Shown one piece after another: positions 30,608-39,985 of a DNA stretch of 64,000 nt. Each line of letters starts with the position of its first letter. The first letter of the stretch is position 1. The translations under genes were made by a program, and so were the position numbers. Source of the DNA: Nitrosopumilus sp. (GTDB lineage Archaea > Thermoproteota > Nitrososphaeria > Nitrososphaerales > Nitrosopumilaceae); NCBI GenBank assembly GCA_965204345.1, contig OZ241981.1, forward strand, positions 160,001-224,000, written 5' to 3'. The notes below the pieces were generated by a model. The model was not told the origin of the DNA. It was given only the letters and a program-made list of their open reading frames with translations, and ran no database searches.

Positions 30608-31771
30608 ATGATGATTAACAAAAGCATGGAGGATATTTCATATGAGGATATTCAATTATTGTTAGAAAATAAAATTGATGAAAGTGATATTTTAGACTAT
30701 AAAACAGAAATGGTGAAAAAGGAAAGCTTGATGCGACACATATGTGCATTTGCCAATACTAGGGGTGGTGACATAGTTTTTGGAGTAAAAGAATCAGGCA
30801 GGGGAGGACATCCTATAGAAGTTCATGGAATAGACACATCCAATATTAATAAAGAAAGTATTGAACAGACTGTTCTATCCAACTTAGTTCCCAGATTAGA
30901 CGTAAAAATCATACCCATAGAAATTCCGAATTCTACAAAATCCATTTTATTGGTACGCATACCTGATAGTCATTTAAAACCCCATCAGAACAATATCAAT
31001 AAAAAATTTTACAAGCGTTTTCAATTTGAATCTGCAGAAATGACAGAGCAGGAAATTTGTGATTGCTACAGAGGGCGGTTTAGAAATAATGATCAAGTTG
31101 AACAGTACATAAAGAAAGCATCTGCCTATAAAACAGGACTAATACCTGCAGATACTATCAAAGCAAATGTCATAATCATTCCATCTAGCATAAGGCACAG
31201 ATTAATTGAAACTTCAGATTATGAGAAATTTGAATGGTTTAAGTCAATCAAGATGAGCACCAGTACACAATATGCATCATCTGCAAGTTTTCTTCCATCT
31301 AGATTAGAACCTTTCTCTCATGGTTTGATCTCCAAGGAATCCAATCCAGATAAATTTAGGCAGACACGTATTCATCGAAACGGATGTATTCAACATATTA
31401 TGGATTTTTCAGACCCAAGAAAGGATAAAAACTGCTTACCATACAAATACTTTGCAGTCAGATTGATGCAAACACTGCAATTTGCAAGTAAAACATTGCA
31501 GCATTATAATTATTTTGGAGATGTAAAAATTATGATGATGATAACTTGTTCATTCAACAATACACTAAAGTTAGGAGAGGAATATGATCCATCAATCTCC
31601 ACCATAAATGAAATCAATTGTGAAATAGAACGAGAACACTCATTACAGTATATTGAAACAAACCATGAAAAAATTGCATCTTCTATAATGGATGAAGTCT
31701 TTAATCATTATGGCGTTCCCAGTTGTGATATGTTTGATGAAAATGGAAAAATCATCAACGATCGTTTATAG
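30608..31771 (+). CDS. Schlafen/AlbA_2-domain protein
   Basis: ES..LDYK, ICAFANTRGG.IVFGVKE, KPH...FYKR....S..M. Confidence 0.85.
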   Translation: MMINKSMEDISYEDIQLLLENKIDESDILDYKTEMVKKESLMRHICAFANTRGGDIVFGVKESGRGGHPIEVHGIDTSNINKESIEQTVLSNLVPRLDVKIIPIEIPNSTKSILLVRIPDSHLKPHQNNINKKFYKRFQFESAEMTEQEICDCYRGRFRNNDQVEQYIKKASAYKTGLIPADTIKANVIIIPSSIRHRLIETSDYEKFEWFKSIKMSTSTQYASSASFLPSRLEPFSHGLISKESNPDKFRQTRIHRNGCIQHIMDFSDPRKDKNCLPYKYFAVRLMQTLQFASKTLQHYNYFGDVKIMMMITCSFNNTLKLGEEYDPSISTINEINCEIEREHSLQYIETNHEKIASSIMDEVFNHYGVPSCDMFDENGKIINDRL

Positions 31772-31799
31772 GATTAGCAAAAAACCAGTCTAATGAATC

Positions 31800-31892
31800 A
31801 TGTCTGAAACTGCCAAAAGTGGTTTTGCAACCGAAGATCAAGTTGTAGATGAGTTTCGGAATTGGAGTAACAGTACACTGTTCAATTTTTAA
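31800..31892 (+). pseudogene. 5' fragment of a HinP1I-like type II restriction endonuclease
   Basis: MSETAKSGFATEDQVVDEFRNWS resembles the recalled HinP1I N-terminus (TAK.GF..E..I...F.NW); stops after 30 codons. Confidence 0.5.
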
Positions 31893-31894
31893 AT

Positions 31895-32389
31895 ATGACT
31901 GGTCACTTATCGTATCTGTTGATGATTGACCCCAGCATCACTATATCGGTCGTAGGGATTGGTTTGGCGTTATTATTATTTATAATTAATAGAAAGAATA
32001 AATCAGATTATGAGAAAACAATCAAGAGATCCATCAAAAAGACAATGCAGGAAGTCAACGTGATTTTTCAGCAGGTTTACATGTTTTCAAATGATTATGA
32101 CTATGACTCTGAAATGCCAACCAGACGGATAACTGGTTTCATGCGCACGTCTGCAATAAAGATTCATAATTATTCATTCATAATAACCCACAACTCCTCT
32201 CTGATTAATTTGAGTGATGATGAATCTAAAAACATAGATGTATTTTTGGCTATGGTGGACTGGTTTGTTGAGAACTATACCTTCTCAGACAATCCGCTGC
32301 CCAAACAAATTTCCAATTGGAAGATGAATCACAGAGAAGATCTTGGCAAGAACGCAACCAAAGTGGAAGAGATATCAGATATTTTTTAA
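31895..32389 (+). CDS. Hypothetical protein with N-terminal TM anchor
   Basis: ITISVVGIGLALLLFII followed by a helical domain. Confidence 0.7.
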   Translation: MTGHLSYLLMIDPSITISVVGIGLALLLFIINRKNKSDYEKTIKRSIKKTMQEVNVIFQQVYMFSNDYDYDSEMPTRRITGFMRTSAIKIHNYSFIITHNSSLINLSDDESKNIDVFLAMVDWFVENYTFSDNPLPKQISNWKMNHREDLGKNATKVEEISDIF

Positions 32390-32452
32390 AATATCTAATT
32401 CATCTTCGACATTTTTTTGGCCTGTTTAGACAACATTCTCTTGCTATGGCTC

Positions 32453-32721
32453 AAATTTATAATTACATTCTTTGCACTGACGCTACTGATTGCCAACATT
32501 AGGAATTTCTTGAAGGGTTTGAAACTGCAGAAATAATGTTTATGGAGAATAAAAAAAATTGGCATGCACCCTAAATTGGCTGAAAAAGAAGCATGCCGTA
32601 ACTCAATAAAACTGCTTAAATAACGAAAGCACATAGGGGTTAGTAATAACATGAAAAACATAACAAACAAAACAAAAACAATACTGTTTGCATCTCTGAT
32701 TGCCCAATGATATTGCCATTT
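32453..32721 (+). repeat. ~260-bp leader module, copy 2
   Basis: Match to 24342-24602. Confidence 0.9.
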
Positions 32722-33486
32722 AGCGGTATGGGAGTTGCAGAAGCAAAAGTAGATGAAATCAAATACACCAAATCAGAAATTGACAAATCCTTCAGAAATT
32801 CAGAAGGTTATGTTAGTTATGAAAACAAGAACAACCAGATGAAAGTAGATATAAATAAAATGATCGATGATGGCATTGAAAATAAAGATATAAAAATCAT
32901 GTCAGAGTGGGCAGAACTCCACAATAAAGTCATGATAGGACATATGAATGGAGATAAGGAAAAAACAGGTACTGCTTTGTTCGAAGCTGCAAATGGTCCT
33001 TTTAGCTATCTAGTAAATGCCAAAACAACAAAACTTGGATCAGTAGATGATAACATTAGTAATGTTTCATATGTTACACCTATTAGCTATTGGTCTTTAT
33101 CCGCATGCGGAATCACTTATGGCACTACTGAACATTCAGAACCACCTATCGAAATCTATCTTCATAGTTATCCTGATCTATCTTCTGCACAAACAGTAAT
33201 AGAAAATGATGGATATTATCAAGTGCAATGGCCTTGGATTGATTTTAATGATGGCGGAAAAGTTTATGCCAAAATAAACACAACAGGTTATGGTGATTGT
33301 ACTAGTGGCGAATTCAGAGATGAAAATCACATCTACGATGTATATAATGTCAAGGTCAACCATGTGTGGTATAAACCTGTTCTTAGTTTAGTACAGGTAA
33401 ACGAACCAAATCCTGATCTTGCTGCATATTCTGCACCAACATTTTGGTGGGATGTTTATGTTGCTACATGGCACTATGGCAACTAA
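32651..33486 (+). pseudogene. Secreted protein with frameshift inside the signal peptide (~32704); main ORF 32707-33486
   Basis: ATG 32651 gives MKNITNKTKTILFASLIAQ*; 'GCCCAATG' lacks one base relative to GCT GCA ATG of copy 1; continues MILPFSGM in another frame. Confidence 0.75.
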
Positions 33487-33512
33487 CCCCCTCTTTTCTT
33501 TTTTATTGAATC

Positions 33513-33773
33513 ATGAAAAAAATAATTAAAATCACGATAATCATTTTGAGTGTTATAGCATTTTTATTCTGTCTTCTTTTAATTGCCAATTATATTTTAT
33601 ACGAAACATGGGGCAGTAATGAGAATTTCTATATCCCACAAAACGGACAAAAAGTGAAATGTGATATTAATCTATTACAAAAACCTAGCAATTGCAGGAC
33701 TATAATTGATAATGAATTGACTGTGATACCAATTGAAGAATGGCCCAATCATGATATAAACCCCGAAAAATGA
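33513..33773 (+). CDS. Small membrane protein
   Basis: N-terminal TM helix, two Cys. Confidence 0.7.
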   Translation: MKKIIKITIIILSVIAFLFCLLLIANYILYETWGSNENFYIPQNGQKVKCDINLLQKPSNCRTIIDNELTVIPIEEWPNHDINPEK

Positions 33774-33812
33774 AACCATAATTAATAATGAATTGACTGT
33801 GATACCAATTGA
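33699..33812. repeat. Repeat-spacer-repeat unit 4: 38-bp direct repeat (2 mismatches; 35-bp core with 1) around 38-bp insert
   Basis: AC(T/C)ATAATT(G/A)ATAATGAATTGACTGTGATACCAATTGA at 33699-33736 and 33775-33812. Confidence 0.9.
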
Positions 33813-33838
33813 GAGGTAATGTTTAATTTGCAGTGTTA

Positions 33839-34399
33839 TTAACTGCCTTGTTCCAGGTAGAAATACCTGTCAATCCTGACTGTTTTTATTTCGTTATCAT
33901 TGAAAATATCTCGTTTGGTCAGTATATAGTATCTTGAATTTTTCTTGTCAACCACACAATGCAGTCTGTAATTCATAAAAGCAAACAGTGGGTTGACAAA
34001 TACTAGATCAGATTTCAAATAAATTATACCGACAGCACACATGAATATCAGTATTGCCACCAAATCATTAATACCAAATGCGTCATGCAGGATAAATGGA
34101 ATCGTGTATGTCACAAAATACAACAGAAATTCCTTTGTAAGGTTAGAGTGGTGCCATACGACAATTGTCTTTTTTTCAGTCTTACTTGTTTTCATTTTAC
34201 GAATGAAAACCACTGCAAATAGTGCTGGAATCACGGTCATACATACAAGAAACAAAAACACCCCAAATTCTACATTGATCAAATCCCACTGAATCATGGC
34301 CTGATTGCTTGCCCAAAAGAAAAAAACCAATGTAAGCCATAATGGGACAAACGAGCTTAGAAACAACATCAGGCGTATGAGGGGATTTAGGTCTGACAT
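33839..34399 (-). CDS. KwaA-like 4-TM membrane protein (Kiwa anti-phage family), no kwaB adjacent
   Basis: LFLSSFVPLW, EFLLYFVTYTIPF, VFVNPLFAFMNYR pattern; 4 TM segments. Confidence 0.6.
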   Translation of the reverse strand: MSDLNPLIRLMLFLSSFVPLWLTLVFFFWASNQAMIQWDLINVEFGVFLFLVCMTVIPALFAVVFIRKMKTSKTEKKTIVVWHHSNLTKEFLLYFVTYTIPFILHDAFGINDLVAILIFMCAVGIIYLKSDLVFVNPLFAFMNYRLHCVVDKKNSRYYILTKRDIFNDNEIKTVRIDRYFYLEQGS

Positions 34400-34855
34400 G
34401 ACACATATGATATGTCGTTGCTGTTATTTGTAATTTGTAATTACTGTCTTTTTTGTAATAATTCAGGCTATTGAATGTGATTAGAACCACCATGGTTTGC
34501 CTGTGCGTTGTTTGTAAAAGTTATTTTAAATAGACATCAAGGTTTTGCATTTTCAAAGCGTGTTGAAATTATTGGTAGTAAGAGAGAGTCCTTTCCGTGT
34601 TTTAAGAGCAAGAAAAAACTAATGACCCCCAAAATTCTTATCCTTTTCAGGTTTTGGCCACAGATACACTGGTAATCAGTCTAGAACCGCTTGGAGCAAT
34701 TGCCAGCAATCAGCTATTTTATGGCAGTAATTTTAATTGAGATTCTGCCTGTTGCAAAAAATACATTATAACTAATCTAATACGTCAAAAAAAATCAGAC
34801 AGGGCTTGATTCTGTCTTAGGAATAGAAAGTTTTAGGTACTGATGATTTTTTTTA

Positions 34856-35827
34856 TTGTTATTGAAGGCAATTTTTGTCGCAATTCTTGCTGTGGGCGTG
34901 CTTGGATATGCGTGGTATTCTGACTTGCTGCCGTTTGCAGCAGATAGTTCTTCTGCGAGGCTCTCCCCATCCATGGAAAGCATCCAACAAATATCTGACG
35001 CGGTTACATCCAAAACCAATCAGATAATTTATTATTCTTTTGAGGATGTTCCTGACGTACCAGATAAGCAGATACCCCTTGATGCATTAAAAAAAGCAGT
35101 TGATACTTGGGAAAGTAATAACCCGCATATGGAATTCATAGAATCATCTAATCCTAACATTGAAATTAAATGGCAAAAATATGCATCATCTACGCATACT
35201 GGTCTTGCAACCTGTAATTCCGTTCTGTTTGGAATTTTAAGCCACTGTGTCTTAGACATTTCAATTGGTGCTAGAGATTGCAATTCAAATTTTGTACAAA
35301 GTGATGAAAACATGGTTGCAAACATCCTGATGCACGAAATAGGTCATGCCTTGGGATTGGAGCATACTGATGAACTTGATAATCTGATGTATTCTACAGA
35401 GTCGCCTAAAGCCTCTTTTAACTCAAAGGGTTATGCCATTCCAGAAAGATTTGAAGGATTATTTGTTGGTCAAAAAACGTTACTGTCAAAAGAAAATGAG
35501 CTGAAATCTGATATTGAATCCCTTGATATTGCAGTATCTCATGAACAGTTGCGATATGATCAATATTACAAACAGTATGAATATTATGATGGCAAAATTC
35601 TATCTTCTGAAGAGTTCAGAAAAGCTGAACTTGCGCATGAGTTGATCAGTGCACAAGTAAAAAAAATCAATGAGTTAATTGCTGAACAAAACGTGTTGAT
35701 TACTGAAGTTAATGACGTTGTAGATCAGCTTGGATGCAATCCAAACTTTGAAATTAAATCCCCTTATCCAAATAACAAAACTAGTCCTACTGCCAATGAT
35801 GCCACTGAAATTCCCATCCAAACATAA
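34856..35827 (+). CDS. Matrixin (M10) family metalloprotease with coiled-coil tail
   Basis: HEIGHALGLEH plus LMY Met-turn; N-terminal anchor. Confidence 0.9.
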   Translation: MLLKAIFVAILAVGVLGYAWYSDLLPFAADSSSARLSPSMESIQQISDAVTSKTNQIIYYSFEDVPDVPDKQIPLDALKKAVDTWESNNPHMEFIESSNPNIEIKWQKYASSTHTGLATCNSVLFGILSHCVLDISIGARDCNSNFVQSDENMVANILMHEIGHALGLEHTDELDNLMYSTESPKASFNSKGYAIPERFEGLFVGQKTLLSKENELKSDIESLDIAVSHEQLRYDQYYKQYEYYDGKILSSEEFRKAELAHELISAQVKKINELIAEQNVLITEVNDVVDQLGCNPNFEIKSPYPNNKTSPTANDATEIPIQT

Positions 35828-36300
35828 AATTTTTTCAACATTTGTGTTTTGTTATGATCACTGAAATTAATAGTTTAAAATTGAGAAAGTAAGCAAATTT
35901 GATATCAGTTTTCATCGGCCCTTTGGGGGTTACACTTTGGATATCAAACTAGCAATCATCTTACTTTCAATGTTTATGTTGATTATCCTGTCTCAAAATT
36001 CTTAAAATAAAACATGTCTTGATTTTTGGTCAAAAAGGGTTGAAAAAACGATCCATTTTACTTGATTTGCATACCTGAGCCTGCATCTGAAATTCTTTAG
36101 ATATACGCCTGCCTGATATGTGCACGCATTTTCTTTGTTTCATTTGTTGATTAAATGCCGAGTCATCTCTCTCTGATGGCATTTTCTACACCGGTCCTAG
36201 CTTGACCACGCCCAAGTATTGATTTGCCATCAAGCATTATCCGCGTTTAATTTCCAAGGCCATGAAAAATAATTTTATTCCCTTGCATGATATGCCTTGC

Positions 36301-36837
36301 ATGGGCAATCCTGATGTCTTAGAATGGCAAAAAAACTCTCTTTTGAGCTGGTCTGATTTTAAGGCAGAGTCAAATCCCGCTGTTTTTGAAGATTCTCATA
36401 GCGTCATAAAATATCGGTTCACCTGGACTGTAAACTCTGATAAGATTAATGATCAAATCGTATTCTTAATTGAGGATATTCGTCTTTTTGTTGAATTTCA
36501 CTCTCTTCTGTCTTGGATTAGATTATCTGAGTCAAGTGATGTGTTATTGGGGTATGAGCAAGGGAATTTTGATCTTGCTGAGTTAATCATGCGTGAAAAT
36601 CTTGAAGAACTACAAAATGAATTTCGTTCTAAAACATTTCTCACAAGGGGGAAAAATGAAGAGCAAAGAAAGCAATTTGCAAAAGAAGATTCTGGAAAAA
36701 TGATCTCATCCAAAGTCGAAAAATTACAAGAACTGTATGATCAGAAACGCATGGAATATCAAGAAAAAACTAATTTTGGCCAAAATACTGATGAACAGCT
36801 AAAATATAATTTGCTTTTTGAACAACTAAAATCCTGA
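36301..36837 (+). CDS. DUF922-like protein with degenerate zinc motif
   Basis: W.....LSWSDFKA; YEQGNFDL where HEQ.HFD is expected. Confidence 0.65.
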   Translation: MGNPDVLEWQKNSLLSWSDFKAESNPAVFEDSHSVIKYRFTWTVNSDKINDQIVFLIEDIRLFVEFHSLLSWIRLSESSDVLLGYEQGNFDLAELIMRENLEELQNEFRSKTFLTRGKNEEQRKQFAKEDSGKMISSKVEKLQELYDQKRMEYQEKTNFGQNTDEQLKYNLLFEQLKS

Positions 36838-37227
36838 ATTGTTTGTTGTTTTATTTTTTAATCATTATGATGACTTGGAGACGCTATACGGTCTACAGCT
36901 CATCCATGAATTTGAATCCTGAGAGTAGGCCCCAAAAAAACTTACAGTTCATTTGGACTAGTAAAAGACAGCCCTAAACTCCAACTGCACAATGCCAAAA
37001 TTAGTTTGATGAATAGTCTCTACAACATTTATGGCAAACCCTCAAAGATAACGTTTCCAATTTTCATGAACTTTAACTAGCAAGATCCAAAGCATCCGGT
37101 ACATCAAAATGATAATCTAGACTGATATTTACACTCAAAAATTGATTTGGCATATTCTTTGTCTTTGGAAAACAACAAAGCATTTGATAGCACTTCTAAT
37201 ATAGTATGCCAAAAAACCAACAAACCG

Positions 37228-38511
37228 ATGCGGATTCTGCTTGCCATATCCATTGTATCACTTTTTGGAGTTGCTAATGCATATGCTGAGATTGCCTCCC
37301 CCTATGAGCAGCTAAAATCCGATGTTCCACTATATGAAATCCAGTGTGAGTATCAAAAGACTCTGTTGGAATCTCCTAGGAACAACAAGCCTGTATGTGT
37401 GAAAAGTGATACGGCAGACATACTGGTAGAGCGCGGCTGGTTCATGATAAAAATATTTGATGAGCAGCCAACTGCTGAGTTACAAGTTGATGAGCTGCCC
37501 ACTGCTGAGCTGCCCACTGCTGAGCTGCCTATAACAACTACTAGTAATCAAACAGAAAGCAGTTCATATGCTGTCTCTGATCCTGTACAGACAGAGACAT
37601 ACTATCCTCACCACAAAGACCGGTATGTTATTGGCAGTATAGATCTGTCTGGAATCAAACCCCTTCCTGAAGGTGTCTACCTTCCCACAACCATAGAAAA
37701 CTATGAGCGCATCATGCAGAAAATACTTGATGGCATAGACGACAAACTGATACTTCCAAATCCTGAAGGTCCAAGATATGACTATGCTATTGAGGAGTTT
37801 CCCGGATATCCAGAAATAGGAAAGTGGGTAAATTATACGTACTATACAGAACAAGGAAACATGATCAGGCCATTGGGCAATGCCAAAATAGAGCTGATAA
37901 TATTAGAACCTGATGAAATATTCAGGTCAGATTATTTGGATAAAAAATGGGACGAATATGACTCCCTTGACCGAGAGGATGAGCTTGCATTTGCCAAAAA
38001 TCTAATTGCGGGTCCAGAAGAATTCATACAAAACTTTGTGGAAAAATCAGGACTGCCAAGGATAGTAAAGACGAATCATAGTTTTGACCGTTCATGGATA
38101 ACTCTTGAAAATGGTGAAATAGAAATGCGAATGGAATGGGATAACATGTACATGTTTTTTGTGTATAAGGAAGAACCTCACTTTCATGGATTGTCAACAA
38201 ATATGATGCGTCAATTAATGCATCAGTTTGCTATTGATAATGCACATGTAATAGATCGAGAATGGTGTGATAACCTTGTCCTATACGATAGCAAGGATGA
38301 TATCCGAACAGTTTCAGTTATGTACTATAGAGCAGGGATTCCAATATGGGAAGCAATTGTGGGAACATGTGACCCAATTTTGAATCGTCCTATAGATATC
38401 ATATTTCTTCGTATGGAGGGCATTACCGGAGAAATTGGCTGGTTTAAAAATGGTATGATAGATAACTGGATTGACAAGATAAACATTCCAGAACATGCCA
38501 AGGTAAGTTAA
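37228..38511 (+). CDS. Secreted hypothetical protein with thaumarchaeal 'SPxxQ...IQC...PVCV...L.ERGW' N-domain
   Basis: Signal peptide from ATG 37228; ELPTA tandem repeats. Confidence 0.8.
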   Translation: MRILLAISIVSLFGVANAYAEIASPYEQLKSDVPLYEIQCEYQKTLLESPRNNKPVCVKSDTADILVERGWFMIKIFDEQPTAELQVDELPTAELPTAELPITTTSNQTESSSYAVSDPVQTETYYPHHKDRYVIGSIDLSGIKPLPEGVYLPTTIENYERIMQKILDGIDDKLILPNPEGPRYDYAIEEFPGYPEIGKWVNYTYYTEQGNMIRPLGNAKIELIILEPDEIFRSDYLDKKWDEYDSLDREDELAFAKNLIAGPEEFIQNFVEKSGLPRIVKTNHSFDRSWITLENGEIEMRMEWDNMYMFFVYKEEPHFHGLSTNMMRQLMHQFAIDNAHVIDREWCDNLVLYDSKDDIRTVSVMYYRAGIPIWEAIVGTCDPILNRPIDIIFLRMEGITGEIGWFKNGMIDNWIDKINIPEHAKVS

Positions 38512-38968
38512 CACAGACCTGAATATTGTCATTACGCCTCAAAAAGTAAAGATTGGTCATAGATATATGACCAAAAACAGATTTTCAGGATGCAAATTTT
38601 AATACGCTGTTCTCTTTGGACCTGATGTAAGCTGTGAGCAATCCTCTGATATGGATGAAATATACAATTCAGAGGAATCCTACATTGTAGGATTTGAGTA
38701 CGACAGATTTATCAAAAAACTGCTCAGACGTATTCCTAACAGCAACTACTGACATAATTAGCAAATAGGATTACTTGGCAAGACCCATGCATCCTGGGTA
38801 ATACATCACACAAATTATACGCATAAAGAAAATGATATTTGGATTAAACTCAATCTCGTAGATTTTATGATATACGCGCAATGGCAAGACCAACAGTTTG
38901 AGCACTGATCCTGATAATTTCTGATTCCCAGATGAGGGTAACTTGGATCATTTCAATTGGAAAAATGA

Positions 38969-39265
38969 CTATGTTCGATGTTCCATAATCTTGTTTGCCG
39001 GAATCGAGTTGATGTAATTTGCCAAGCTTCTATAGTATTTTAAATGAAAATTCAAGTCTTTCATTTCAGTCTGTTTTAACTCTTCAAGTTCAGGACCGAA
39101 GTCATTTTTGTTTGATTGAATGCGGTTCAGCGTATTTTCATTGACCTCAATCATGTGAAATAAACTATGCAACACTTCTTCTTTTGTGAGTGTCCTATCA
39201 CAGGATTTTTTTAATAACAGTTCTACCCAATCCATGCTGAATTCTGACATAATTGCTATATCCAT
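38969..39265 (-). CDS. Hypothetical protein
   Basis: 98-aa helical ORF. Confidence 0.7.
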   Translation of the reverse strand: MDIAIMSEFSMDWVELLLKKSCDRTLTKEEVLHSLFHMIEVNENTLNRIQSNKNDFGPELEELKQTEMKDLNFHLKYYRSLANYINSIPANKIMEHRT

Positions 39266-39568
39266 TCCAGAATTTAAAAAGTTCTGACCTTGACTCTATT
39301 TTTTTAGTCTAGGCTGCCTGCTGTATGATTGCTCCTTTTTCATCTGTCTTTTCTCATTTCTGATTTTTTTTATTACGTCTTATTTCCAAATGAATTTCCA
39401 GCGTCAATATACCTATTTTTGGTTCAGATGATTCCTTTGCAACAATGACTGCTGCCTGCTTTACCTGTAAACATTTACAACAAGCCCATTTTTTTTAACT
39501 TTGTACAAAGCCTGTTCCCGAGATTTTTTTAGCGTCACTCTTTGTTTTTCATTGTTTTCAATGACAGA

Positions 39569-39886
39569 TTAGCTGGTTTCTATTTTAATTTCAGTATTGC
39601 ATATGGGATTTTTCCCTGTATCATTTTTGACTTTTTGAATTAATTCCAATTGCAATTCTCTTGGATTTTCAATAAACACCCTTTGGTATGACGATGTCTT
39701 TTGTTTGCATTTGTTTCCTTCAAATTCATCATCCACATACTTTGCAAAGGTCTCCTCAAGATTGTTTGATTCCCCTATGTATATTGGATCCTTGTTTCTG
39801 TTGTACAGGACATATACTCCGGCATTTGGTTTTACAAATTTTGCACTGTCCGTCCAAACCCGCATCTTGTCATCTAGTAATTCCAT
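39569..39886 (-). CDS. Stand-alone GIY-YIG (UvrC N-terminal-like) protein
   Basis: GVYVLY......YIGES.NL ... P.CN. Confidence 0.75.
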   Translation of the reverse strand: MELLDDKMRVWTDSAKFVKPNAGVYVLYNRNKDPIYIGESNNLEETFAKYVDDEFEGNKCKQKTSSYQRVFIENPRELQLELIQKVKNDTGKNPICNTEIKIETS

Positions 39887-39985
39887 ATGATAACTAATTT
39901 GGACTAGATATTAAACTAGATTGCAAAAATCGTGATATTACAAGAACCTTCATGCTTTTAATACTGAATATATGTAGATGTAATC

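Noticed and set aside
2808-33812. Calling the repeat-spacer-repeat units true CRISPR arrays
   Set aside because: Each has only two copies, the repeats differ between loci and are host coding sequence, and no leader or cas gene is adjacent.
37459-37530. ELPTA tandem repeats
   Set aside because: Ordinary slippage-type tandem repeats in a linker, with no unique spacer.
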